Of a DNA stretch of 64,000 nt, positions 20,718 through 29,723 are shown in pieces (position 1 is the first letter of the stretch; every line of letters starts with the position of its first letter). The translations under genes and the position numbers were made by a program. This stretch comes from Candidatus Latescibacterota bacterium (GTDB lineage Bacteria > Latescibacterota > UBA2968 > GCA-2709665): NCBI GenBank assembly GCA_965237675.1, contig OZ250150.1:3488001-3552000 (forward strand). The letters are read 5' to 3'. The notes below the pieces were generated by a model. It was not told the DNA's origin, made no database searches, and was given only the letters and a program-made list of their open reading frames with translations.

Positions 20718-21791
20718 ATGCCGAAATCTTCGGCGGAATACAGCGCCGCGTTGGTGCAGAGTTTGAACGAAGGCGTAATCGCGTTCGATCACCATCGGTT
20801 TGCCGTGTTGGCAAACGGGGCATCGATTCGCCTCCTGGGACTGGCGGGGCGCAAGGTGATCGGACGTACGGCCGACGATCTGTTTGCCGGACTCCCGGAA
20901 CTGCTGAAAATCCTGGAGGCGGGGTTTGTAGGGAAGCTGTATTTGGAACCAACCGATCTGATGTTGCAGGAAGAAGAGGGAGGGATGCGTCGATTGGGGG
21001 CCACCACGTCGTATCTGAGAGCGGAATCAAGACAGGGCGTGGTTCTTTTGGTACAGGACGTTTCGGCTCTGAAGCGTATGGAATGGGAGATGTACCAGGT
21101 GGCCAAAATGAGCGCACTGGGGCGTCTGGCCGCGTCGGTTGCGCACGAGGTCCGGAACCCTCTGGGTGCGGTGGATATCCAGTTGCAACTTCTGGAAGAC
21201 GACCTGACGGACGTCGAAGCGGGATTGCGTGGCCGGGTTTATCGCAGGCTTAATATCGCGCATATGGAAATGAAGCGGCTTGACGGGATTGTGCACAATT
21301 TTTTAAGGTTCTCCAGGACACCTAGGCTGGACCTGCAAAGAATAAGCCTGAACGACGTCGTTCAACATGTCTTTGACCTGGTCTCCCCGGAAGCCCGGGA
21401 TCGGAGCATTCGCCTGATGCTGGATCTCTCTGATGGTCTTCCTGCAGTGGATGGAGATGAAAGCCAATTGGGCCAGGCCGTCTTGAATATGACGGTTAAC
21501 GCGTTCCAGGCCATGGAATCCGGCGGAGAACTGTCTGCACAGACACGGTCGGATTCCGACGGACGCCAGGTTTGCCTGGCGATTTCGGATACCGGCTCTG
21601 GGATCCCAGACGAGGAAATCGATCGAATATTCGAGTTCTATTATACAACCCGTGATGACGGAACCGGTCTCGGACTTTCCATCGCACAGCAGATCATCTA
21701 TCAGCACCGGGGCCACATCGAGGTGGAGAGCAAAACGGGTAAGGGTACCGTGTTCAGGATTCATATGCCGGTTACCGAGCCTTCCGATTAG
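20718..21791 (+). CDS. Cytoplasmic PAS-domain sensor histidine kinase (NtrB/AtoS-like)
   Basis: AGGAG RBS; PAS-like N-terminus without TM; AHEVRNPL H-box; NAFQAM, DTGSGIP, GTGLGL. Confidence 0.92.
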   Translation: MPKSSAEYSAALVQSLNEGVIAFDHHRFAVLANGASIRLLGLAGRKVIGRTADDLFAGLPELLKILEAGFVGKLYLEPTDLMLQEEEGGMRRLGATTSYLRAESRQGVVLLVQDVSALKRMEWEMYQVAKMSALGRLAASVAHEVRNPLGAVDIQLQLLEDDLTDVEAGLRGRVYRRLNIAHMEMKRLDGIVHNFLRFSRTPRLDLQRISLNDVVQHVFDLVSPEARDRSIRLMLDLSDGLPAVDGDESQLGQAVLNMTVNAFQAMESGGELSAQTRSDSDGRQVCLAISDTGSGIPDEEIDRIFEFYYTTRDDGTGLGLSIAQQIIYQHRGHIEVESKTGKGTVFRIHMPVTEPSD

Positions 21792-21956
21792 CGCCCCGGT
21801 CCCCTTGAACCGGTCCCGTTTTCGCTGAAATGCCCGGACTTCGTCATCGTGAACGCGTGCGAATCGATTCAATGCACGCGAGGCGATCCGGCATCGGGAC
21901 CAGGATTGTTCCGGCGCTTGCGAACGTATAATGACGCGTGCGTGGACGGAGTGACA

Positions 21957-23318
21957 ATGAAAACAAGAGAGATACGGATTTTTGTGGCCGACGACGAGTA
22001 CCATATATGTGAAGGACTCAAAGAGTCGCTGAAGAAGGCAGGATACTCGGTTGATGTCGCCTATGACGGCGTCGAGGCGGCTGAAAATCTGGACGCAAGG
22101 GTCTATCACGCGGCCATTCTGGATTTAAAGATGCCGGGAATCGATGGAATTGCCCTGTTGAAGCAGTTAAAGAAAACCAGCCCGGATACGGGCGTCATCA
22201 TCATTACAGCCTTTGGTGACATCTCGACCGCGGTTGATACCATGCGCATGGGCGCGTATGATTATCTGGCGAAACCCGTGGATCTGAAACGGTTGCATCT
22301 GTCCTTGCAACACCTCCTGGAGCATCAGGCTCTGGTTGCGGAGAACAAGGAACTCAGGGCCTGGCTGAGTTCGACGGAGGCGTTTGGTCAGATCATTCAC
22401 CGGAGCCCCGCCATGCGGCAGGTCTGCGACACGCTGGCGCATGCCGCAATGACCGATGTGCCGGTTCTGGTCATGGGCGATACCGGCACCGGTAAGGAGC
22501 TTGTCGCCCGGGCAATCCACCAGCGAAGTAACCGGCGCGACGGTCCCCTGGTGGCGGTGAATTGCGGAGCCATCCCGGAAACGTTGTTCGAACGCGAGTG
22601 GTTCGGCCACATCAAGGGTGCGTTTACCGGCGCCCACGCCGACAAACCGGGCCGGTTCGCCGCAGCGGAGGCCGGTACTTTGTTTCTGGATGAAGTGGGC
22701 GAGATTCCGTTGCTCAACCAGGTGGACCTCCTGCGCGTTCTCGAGGAGAAGGTGTACACGCCTGTTGGCAGCACCTTGCCGAGAAGAGCCGATGTACGCA
22801 TCATTTTTGCCACCAATAGAAACCTGGAGTTAGAGGTCAGAGAGGGTCGATTCCGGCAAGATCTGTATTATCGGATCAATGTCGTACCGATTCGGCTTCC
22901 CTTATTGAAGGATCGGAAGGAGGATATTCCCCTGCTGGTGGAGACCTTTCTGGACGAGCTCTGCACGCTGCATCACAAGTCCAGGAAGCAGCTTTCCCCC
23001 GATGCGATGCGGTTGATTCTGGATCATGCGTGGCCGGGTAACGTTCGAGAGCTGAAAAACACCGTGGAACGAATCGTGGTGACGTGTCCGGAGACCGAGA
23101 TCCGCCCGGAACGCCTCCCTTCCGGCGTCCGTGCATCCGTCCCGGTTCCCCAGGAACTTGTGGTTCCACTGAATTCCTCCATAGAGGAAATGGAACGCCT
23201 TTTGATCGAGAAAACGCTCGCACACGTAACGTCCAACCGGAAGGCAGCCGCCCGTCTGCTGGGTATCAGCGTGCGAGCGCTGCATTACAAGATCAAGAAA
23301 TACAGCCTGGGCCCCTGA
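21957..23318 (+). CDS. Sigma54-dependent response regulator (NtrC/AtoC family enhancer-binding protein)
   Basis: Receiver (ADDE, LDLKMPG); Walker A GDTGTGKE; intact GAFTGA; LFLDEVG; WPGNVREL; Fis-type HTH. Confidence 0.96.
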   Translation: MKTREIRIFVADDEYHICEGLKESLKKAGYSVDVAYDGVEAAENLDARVYHAAILDLKMPGIDGIALLKQLKKTSPDTGVIIITAFGDISTAVDTMRMGAYDYLAKPVDLKRLHLSLQHLLEHQALVAENKELRAWLSSTEAFGQIIHRSPAMRQVCDTLAHAAMTDVPVLVMGDTGTGKELVARAIHQRSNRRDGPLVAVNCGAIPETLFEREWFGHIKGAFTGAHADKPGRFAAAEAGTLFLDEVGEIPLLNQVDLLRVLEEKVYTPVGSTLPRRADVRIIFATNRNLELEVREGRFRQDLYYRINVVPIRLPLLKDRKEDIPLLVETFLDELCTLHHKSRKQLSPDAMRLILDHAWPGNVRELKNTVERIVVTCPETEIRPERLPSGVRASVPVPQELVVPLNSSIEEMERLLIEKTLAHVTSNRKAAARLLGISVRALHYKIKKYSLGP

Positions 23319-23370
23319 GTACAGGTAGACGGTGTCAGGGGCGCATGAAGTCGCGCCATCGCGACCACGC

Positions 23371-23416
23371 TGCAATTTTTGCGCGCCGGGCGGAATTTTC
23401 AGGTGCAAATTTTGCG
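23371..23416. promoter_or_regulatory. Putative enhancer (UAS) pair for the sigma54 activator
   Basis: TGCAATTTTTGCG (23371-83) and TGCAAATTTTGCG (23404-16), near-palindromic, 33 bp apart, ~100-145 bp upstream of the -24 box. Confidence 0.65.
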
Positions 23417-23483
23417 CCATCGGGAATAGTTTAGGACAGAACATGCGCCCGGGCATTGGAGTTTTCGGGCACATGTTCATTTA

Positions 23484-23496
23484 TAACAAATACTTA
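23484..23496 (+). promoter_or_regulatory. IHF-like binding site between UAS and sigma54 promoter
   Basis: TAACAAATACTTA, one mismatch to WATCAANNNNTTR, in an AT-rich tract. Confidence 0.5.
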
Positions 23497-23514
23497 TGTG
23501 ATAATCCGAGAAAG

Positions 23515-23531
23515 TTGGCATTAAAGTTGCT
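23515..23531 (+). promoter_or_regulatory. Sigma54 (-24/-12) promoter
   Basis: TTGGCATTAAAGTTGCT: GG-N10-GC with flanks matching YTGGCA...TTGCW. Confidence 0.85.
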
Positions 23532-23770
23532 AATATTTAGAGTGACAATACCACGAGACTCGCTAAAATCGCTGAAATTGGTTAAAAACAGTTGTTCTAC
23601 AGCGAGTTTCAATTGCTCGTTACCGAGTTGGCAATCGGAGTGAATACGACGGTTCTGCAAAATTTGCATTTCCAAAAGTACCGAATCCCGATTCAACACG
23701 CATTTTCCGGCGTGAGACATAAATCGTAGGCCCGGATCGGACTGATGTCCAAAATATCGGCGCTATAGCC

Positions 23771-24319
23771 ATGGCGATCTCAGAGTATTACAACGGCAGT
23801 GAACGGGAAGTGGACTTGAGCGGTGTGGTTGGTTTCCACCCGGCGACGATGGTCGAATGCCTGCAACCGCGGGATCGGATGGGCGCAATCAAGGCGCTTG
23901 TGAACCGGTTACACGGCGCGGGTTATGTGACCGACAGTTTGCGCTTTTTGCAATCGGTCCTGGACCGGGAAGACCTGGAAAGTACCGTTGTTGGAAACGG
24001 GATCGCGTTTCCGCATGCCCGCTGTCGGTCTGCCGCCCACCTGGGTATGGCGCTGGGCATATCACCGCGTGGGGTGGATTTTCACTCCGAACTCCATCCG
24101 GAACCGGTTCGCCTGATTTGCCTGGTGGCGGTACCGGGGGAGGGGGATATCCGATATCTGCCCCTTCTCGGCTATTTGTGCAGGCTGTTCCATGAAGATT
24201 TTACGGCAACTTTTCTCAAGTCCCGAACGCCAGCGGAGATGAATCGCCTGCTGTTGCGTCAGATGAGCTCGCACGGGGCTCTGCGGGAGGCGTGCAGAGC
24301 GTACGTCTCCGCACCGTAG
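23771..24319 (+). CDS. PTS EIIA-domain protein (PtsN/fructose-mannitol type)
   Basis: VLDREDLESTVVGNGIAFPHAR with the conserved phospho-His; PVRLICLVA. Confidence 0.88.
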   Translation: MAISEYYNGSEREVDLSGVVGFHPATMVECLQPRDRMGAIKALVNRLHGAGYVTDSLRFLQSVLDREDLESTVVGNGIAFPHARCRSAAHLGMALGISPRGVDFHSELHPEPVRLICLVAVPGEGDIRYLPLLGYLCRLFHEDFTATFLKSRTPAEMNRLLLRQMSSHGALREACRAYVSAP

Positions 24320-24358
24320 AGGTGTGGACGACACCTACATTTCCGGGAGGTTGTACAC

Positions 24359-25210
24359 GTGGCTGGAATACTGATTCAAGATAGCGAGTCTCTGGATCTC
24401 TATCTGAGGGATATCGCTTCTTCAGAGCCCCTTACGGCGAAGACCGAGATAGAACTGGCGGACCGGATCCGGAAGGGAGATCAGCGGGCCAGGGACAGGC
24501 TGGTCGGGTCGAATCTCCGTTTTGTCGTCAGCGTCGCCAGGGAATACCAGAATCATGGCGTGCCGTTGGCCGATCTTATCAGTGCGGGGAACATGGGTCT
24601 GATGACGGCCGCCGAACGATTTGACGGGACGCGGGGATTCAAGTTCATTTCCTACGCGGTCTGGTGGATCCGCCAGGCCATCCATCAAAGCCTCGCGCAG
24701 GATTCGCGTGTGGTGCGGTTGCCCATCAACCGGATCGATCTGTTGCACAATATCGCAAAGGTGTCGCGGGAACTTCGACAATCGGCGGAGGCCGATCCCG
24801 ATCCTGAGACGATTGCAGATAAGCTCGGTGTTTCGGTTGAGATGGTGCAGGATACCCTCCTCCGGGCGCGCGACGTATGGTCTCTCGATGCATCGTTCAA
24901 GGACGACGACGACCACAGCCTGCTGCATATCCTGCCGGATAGCTCCCAAAAGGCGCCGGACCTGGAAGTGGTCGACGAGTCGGTGAAGGATCAGGTCAAG
25001 ATGGTTCTGGATTCGCTCGACGCGCGCGAAGCGGAAGTGTTACGGCTTTATTTCGGGTTAGGCGACGAGGAAGCGATGACCTTGGAGGAAATCGGCACCC
25101 GATTCAGCCTCACTCGGGAACGGGTGCGGCAGATTAAGGAGAAGGCCCTCCGAAGACTTCGCCATCCGCGCCGACGGCTGCAGCTAGAGCCGCTTATGGA
25201 GTCGGCATAA
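24359..25210 (+). CDS. RNA polymerase sigma70 factor (RpoD/SigA-like, no region 1.1)
   Basis: LDLYLRDI (1.2), NLRFVVSVA, FISYAVWWIRQAI (2.3/2.4), TLEEIG..LTRERVRQI (4.2); GGGAGG RBS. Confidence 0.95.
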   Translation: MAGILIQDSESLDLYLRDIASSEPLTAKTEIELADRIRKGDQRARDRLVGSNLRFVVSVAREYQNHGVPLADLISAGNMGLMTAAERFDGTRGFKFISYAVWWIRQAIHQSLAQDSRVVRLPINRIDLLHNIAKVSRELRQSAEADPDPETIADKLGVSVEMVQDTLLRARDVWSLDASFKDDDDHSLLHILPDSSQKAPDLEVVDESVKDQVKMVLDSLDAREAEVLRLYFGLGDEEAMTLEEIGTRFSLTRERVRQIKEKALRRLRHPRRRLQLEPLMESA

Positions 25211-25476
25211 GGCCGCACCGCCCCGTTGCCGAGCACACCGGTGCCCGATCCCGGCCGCAGGCCCACGACGACCCGGGCGCTGGTTCTCGCGGGGCGGGAC
25301 GGGTAACTGGTTTCCGCCGTCTCTTTGCCGCGCCTGGTGTCCAGCCCGCCGGCCGATTCCGGAAACGACGTCGGAAATCCCGGCAAAATGCGAGTTGCAA
25401 TCTCCTTTGATGTGAAAATTGTTCGATTATCGTTGAAAAGAGAGTGGTCTTTTTGTGTCGCATGGCAACGCCGCAC

Positions 25477-25506
25477 TTGACAAGTTCCCACAATCGGCCC
25501 TATATT
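25477..25506 (+). promoter_or_regulatory. Sigma70 promoter of the HU gene
   Basis: TTGACA-18-TATATT. Confidence 0.6.
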
Positions 25507-25538
25507 CTGGGCATATTCCAGAAAGGGGGTGAATTGCC

Positions 25539-25814
25539 ATGTCGAACAGGACCGATTTAGTCGATGCGATTGCGAATCAGGCCGGTCTGTCTAAAAAGAA
25601 CGCGGAAAATGCGCTGCGTGTCGTTCTGAACGAAATCGAGGATTCGCTCAAAAACGGTGAGCGTGTCGCCATTTCCGGTTTCGGGACGTTTTCAGTTGGA
25701 ACCAGAGCCGCACGGACCGGTCGAAATCCTCAGACGGGTGAGACTATTCAGATTTCCGCGGGTAAGACCGTACGATTCAGAGCCGGAAAGGCGCTTAAAG
25801 ACGCTGTCAATTAA
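25539..25814 (+). CDS. hup: HU family DNA-binding protein
   Basis: GFGTF, RAARTGRNPQTG, FRAGKALKDAVN. Confidence 0.95.
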   Translation: MSNRTDLVDAIANQAGLSKKNAENALRVVLNEIEDSLKNGERVAISGFGTFSVGTRAARTGRNPQTGETIQISAGKTVRFRAGKALKDAVN

Positions 25815-25839
25815 CAAATAGAGTCAATTCTGCCCATGG

Positions 25840-25874
25840 AGCCTCGAGAGCACCCCACGATCGAGGCTTTTTTT
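25840..25874 (+). terminator. Intrinsic terminator after HU
   Basis: AGCCTCGA...TCGAGGCT stem followed by a T-run. Confidence 0.65.
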
Positions 25875-25875
25875 C

Positions 25876-25904
25876 TTGACAGGGCGGGTTTCTGGGAATA
25901 TACT
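25876..25904 (+). promoter_or_regulatory. Sigma70 promoter
   Basis: TTGACA-17-TATACT immediately after the terminator. Confidence 0.7.
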
Positions 25905-25977
25905 GTTCCGCGTGCAACAGGGTGAGGCGTTCAATGACATCAGACCGTGCGCCTCGATGGTGTTTTTGGAGATAGGG

Positions 25978-26496
25978 ATGATTCGCCGACTGATGATCGT
26001 TCTTATGATGGTGAGCGCATGGTTTGCGCTGGGCTGTAGCGACCGTCTGGCACAGATGCAGCAGCAACTTGCGGGCACGTGGGAACTGGAGTCCCGACTG
26101 CTGCCCGATGGAACGGTGCTTCGAAAACCCGAGGTATCGGGCGTATTCTCCTGGCAGCCCATCGATTCGCGGAAAGCCCACGTCACACTGAACATGCGGG
26201 TCGAGGCGGGTGGCGAAAAACCCAGGACATTTGAATTTGCCGCAAGCAAGTACGAGATCTCGACCTCCGCGATTACGCGTTCCCGATATCTGCTGATCCG
26301 ACAGGGTTATCGTTCCTCGTCCGACTCGCCTATCACGATATATCATAAAGCCAAGGTCGAAAAGGGTAAGATCACGCTGGAAGAAGGTCTGATTCGCATC
26401 ACGCACGAGCGTGGTTATAGTGAGGAATTCCGGGGCGATCAGATGGTCGGGGCGTTTCCCGATGTGTTTGTGGATACCTGGAAGCGGGTACGGTAG
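25978..26496 (+). CDS. Hypothetical lipoprotein, lipocalin-like beta fold suspected
   Basis: Signal peptide MIRRLMIVLMMVSAWFALG-C; 'LAGTWEL' GxW motif; terminal 'TWKRVR'. Confidence 0.65.
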   Translation: MIRRLMIVLMMVSAWFALGCSDRLAQMQQQLAGTWELESRLLPDGTVLRKPEVSGVFSWQPIDSRKAHVTLNMRVEAGGEKPRTFEFAASKYEISTSAITRSRYLLIRQGYRSSSDSPITIYHKAKVEKGKITLEEGLIRITHERGYSEEFRGDQMVGAFPDVFVDTWKRVR

Positions 26497-27141
26497 CGTG
26501 CCCGTATTCAGGATCGACAACGCCCGGCGGCGGTGTTTCGCGCCTTCGAAGTGTTCAAAAAAAAACCGTTGTACGGTTTCCGAACCCGGCGCGGCGGGAT
26601 CTTGTCGCCGGTCAAACACGGGATATTATGAATTCCTACAAGGGATATTGGACCCCTGATGAATGAACGACATCCGCATCGTAGCCGAACCGGACAAAGG
26701 AGAGGCCGGGTATTTCCCCGAGCCTCTTTCTCTTTTGCGCAATCTCACGGAACGTGAGACCGGCGTCGCTGCCGCCGGCGACACGGCGGGTCGTCCGGTC
26801 GACGCTCTCATTCCACTTCGACCCCTTCCGGACCTGGTCGACTGGAATCGATGGTGGAAGACCGGCTTCTCGCGGTTGTCGGGTCGTTGCCAAATCCGCA
26901 CGTGGCGTTCAATCGAGGACGCTGGGTCCAACGTTTGTGTTTTGCGCTTGCAGCAGGTATTTTAGGTGCATCCAGGGAATGTGGAACCTGGCTGAACCAC
27001 GTACACCGGGCTGTCACGCCTTGAGGATCCGGTCGAAAAGACAACGGAATCTGTCGTGTTCACGCCGCATGAGGGACACTCGCCGTCTCCGACCGGACAA
27101 CTGGTACAGCCGGCTTTGCCGAAGCCGTAAGGAGAGTTTAA

Positions 27142-28563
27142 ATGGCGCGTCTTTTTGAGCCATTGAAGGATTTCGAAGTCAGAAAAATGCCGGAGCTGAA
27201 ACGGTCTTTCTGGAAACTGGCCGGACCGGGCGCTATTCTGGTGGGGCTTTCCATCGGCGCGGGTGAGATCGTTATCTGGCCGCGTATCGTGGCGGAATAC
27301 GGATCGAGCATGGTGTGGGCGGCCTGTCTCGGCATTTTTCTCCAACTCTGGATCAACTTTGAAGTGGGTCGTTGGACAGTTGCCACGGGTGAAACGGTGT
27401 ATACGGGATACAGCCGCGTGTGGCGCGGATTTGCTCCTGTATTTATTCTGCTGACGGTATTCAGCTGGATCGCACCGGGGTGGGGCCGCGCTTCGGGGTT
27501 GGCCTTGAAGGCGCTACTGGTGGGGCCACATGGAGGGGGTTCGGACACGTTCTGGACGGTAATCACCTTTGCTGGCGTGGCATTGATTCTGTTCGGACCA
27601 AAGCTGATCTACCAATCCGTCGAGCGGAGCATTGAGTTCCTCGTGGTGGTGGTTACGATTGGCCTGATTGTGGTCGCGTACGCGGTTGGATCTGCGGAGA
27701 CCTGGGCATCGCTCGGGAGAGGCGTCGTCAATGTTGGCTACATCGATCCGGGGATGAGCGTGAAGGCTATGTTCATCGCCCTCGTCTTTGCGGGGGCCGG
27801 AGGTACCGCCAATCTCTTCTATACGTTCTACTTGCGCGATAAGCATATTGGGATGGGAGCACATTTTCCCAAAATGCGGAACCCTCTTCGAGGGCGGACC
27901 GAGGCGATGCCCTCCACCGGATTTCAGTTCGAGGAGACGGAAGAGAATATCGGTCATTTCAGACGCTGGTTGGACTACGTGAAGAAAGATCAGATGCTGT
28001 TTTTCTGGGCCCTTAATTCCGTAACCATTTTGCTCTTTATTTTTGGTGCGCTTGCGGTGTTGCATCCGAATGGAATCGTACCGGCCAGTGGTACGCTGAT
28101 CTGGGACGAAGCCGAGGTCCTGGCGACGGTTTGGGGAGAGCCGGGGAGGTACGTGTTTCTGATTGTGGGGCTGGCCACCCTGTTCAGCACTCAGCTTGCT
28201 CTGGTCGATGGGGTGTCACGATCGATCGCGGACATGGTGTACACCAATTTCAGAGGGGCGCGGAAGCGGGATTTAAGCTGGTGGTACCTGGTGGTGGCCG
28301 CAACCTGGATTGTTGCCGGTTGCGTGATTACGTACGTGATGGAAGCCCGCGGGGTGAGTGAATTGGGATTTTTGTTCAACGCTGCCTATATCGGCGGATT
28401 TGCAATGGCGCTTTATACGCCGCTAACGCTCTACATCAACCATCGTCATCTGCCCAGGGCTGCCCGGCCCGGGCGGGTGTGTACCGTGATGATGGGGATT
28501 GCATCGCTCGTATATATCGTATTTGCCGTGGCGTGTCTGATTTGGGAGTTCAGGCGGGTATAG
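27142..28563 (+). CDS. NRAMP-like (YcsG-type) secondary transporter
   Basis: About 11-12 hydrophobic segments; GPGAILVGLSIGAGEIVIWP; lacks the canonical DPGN; AAGGAG RBS. Confidence 0.75.
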   Translation: MARLFEPLKDFEVRKMPELKRSFWKLAGPGAILVGLSIGAGEIVIWPRIVAEYGSSMVWAACLGIFLQLWINFEVGRWTVATGETVYTGYSRVWRGFAPVFILLTVFSWIAPGWGRASGLALKALLVGPHGGGSDTFWTVITFAGVALILFGPKLIYQSVERSIEFLVVVVTIGLIVVAYAVGSAETWASLGRGVVNVGYIDPGMSVKAMFIALVFAGAGGTANLFYTFYLRDKHIGMGAHFPKMRNPLRGRTEAMPSTGFQFEETEENIGHFRRWLDYVKKDQMLFFWALNSVTILLFIFGALAVLHPNGIVPASGTLIWDEAEVLATVWGEPGRYVFLIVGLATLFSTQLALVDGVSRSIADMVYTNFRGARKRDLSWWYLVVAATWIVAGCVITYVMEARGVSELGFLFNAAYIGGFAMALYTPLTLYINHRHLPRAARPGRVCTVMMGIASLVYIVFAVACLIWEFRRV

Positions 28564-29640
28564 ATGAGATCCGAGGAGGATGCCTCGAGTATGTCCCTGG
28601 ACGGTGCGATTTTCCGCGTGGCGCTGACCGCCGATTTTTTCGAATCCGACGGGTCGTGCAAATTCAAGGATATGGGCCTGTCGGTATTTGACGACCAAAC
28701 CCATATTCGAGCGTCGATATTCGATGTACATCGTCCGGAGATCGGTGCTGACCAGGTAAAGGACGTGCAGGGTGTGGTTGTACTCACGCCGGCCGTGACC
28801 GCGGAGACTGTGGCGGCATCGGAAAATCTGCTGGCCATCGGCCGGTTCGGTGTGGGGTACGACTCGGTCGATGTGGGCGCCTGTACGGAAGCGGATGTGG
28901 TCGTGCTCATCACGGCAGGTGCGGTAGACCGGTCGGTGGCAGAGGCAACCGTGGGTTGGATGATTGCCCTGACCCATCACACGCGGGTCAAGGATCGCCT
29001 GGTGCGTGCGGGCCGGTGGGATGAAAGAACCCGATATATGGGACGTGAGTTGAGAGACCGTACGTTTGGAGCTGTGGGGCTCGGTGGAATCGCGAGGGAG
29101 ACAGTACGGTTGCTCGGTACGTTCCGGATGAATTCACCCATGGCATTCGACCCATACATCGACCTGCGCGAGGCTCGAAACCTGGGGGTGTCCCTTGTAT
29201 CGCTAGACGAGTTGTTGGCGGTTTCCGATTTTGTATCCATTCACTGCCCGTTGACAGACGAGACGAAGGGACTGATCGGCCCGCGGGAACTGTCGGCGAT
29301 GAAGCGCGACGCCTATCTGATCAATACGTCGCGGGGCGGGATCGTGGATGAGGATGCATTGTACGTGGCCCTGGAAGCCGGCGAGATTGCCGGTGCGGCG
29401 CTGGACTGCTTTGCGGTGGAACCGGTTGTGGAACCGCACCGTTTTGCAAGATTCGACAACGTCCTGCTCGCACCGCATTCGGTGGCCTGGACGGATGAGT
29501 TATTCCGTGATATCGGAAGGGCGGTCTGCAAGGGTATGGTGGACCTGTCACTGGGGATTCGCCCCCGGGGTGTGGTGGATCCAGTTGTATTCGACCGCAG
29601 CGGCTTTCAGGAAAAATGGGCACGGCTGCGAAGAAGCTGA
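28564..29640 (+). CDS. D-isomer-specific 2-hydroxyacid dehydrogenase (SerA-like)
   Basis: GVGYDSVD, GAVGLGGIA, IHCPLT, INTSRG, APH; true start may be 28591. Confidence 0.9.
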   Translation: MRSEEDASSMSLDGAIFRVALTADFFESDGSCKFKDMGLSVFDDQTHIRASIFDVHRPEIGADQVKDVQGVVVLTPAVTAETVAASENLLAIGRFGVGYDSVDVGACTEADVVVLITAGAVDRSVAEATVGWMIALTHHTRVKDRLVRAGRWDERTRYMGRELRDRTFGAVGLGGIARETVRLLGTFRMNSPMAFDPYIDLREARNLGVSLVSLDELLAVSDFVSIHCPLTDETKGLIGPRELSAMKRDAYLINTSRGGIVDEDALYVALEAGEIAGAALDCFAVEPVVEPHRFARFDNVLLAPHSVAWTDELFRDIGRAVCKGMVDLSLGIRPRGVVDPVVFDRSGFQEKWARLRRS

Positions 29641-29723
29641 AAGATCAGCGCGTTAAAGCCTGACAACAGCACGAAAACGGTCCATCGAAGCCTGGCGGAC
29701 ATTTTACAGATAGGGGAAGCGGC

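Noticed and set aside
25381-25400. Second sigma54 promoter (CGGCAAAATGCGAGTTGC)
   Set aside because: GG-to-GC spacing is not the required 10 nt
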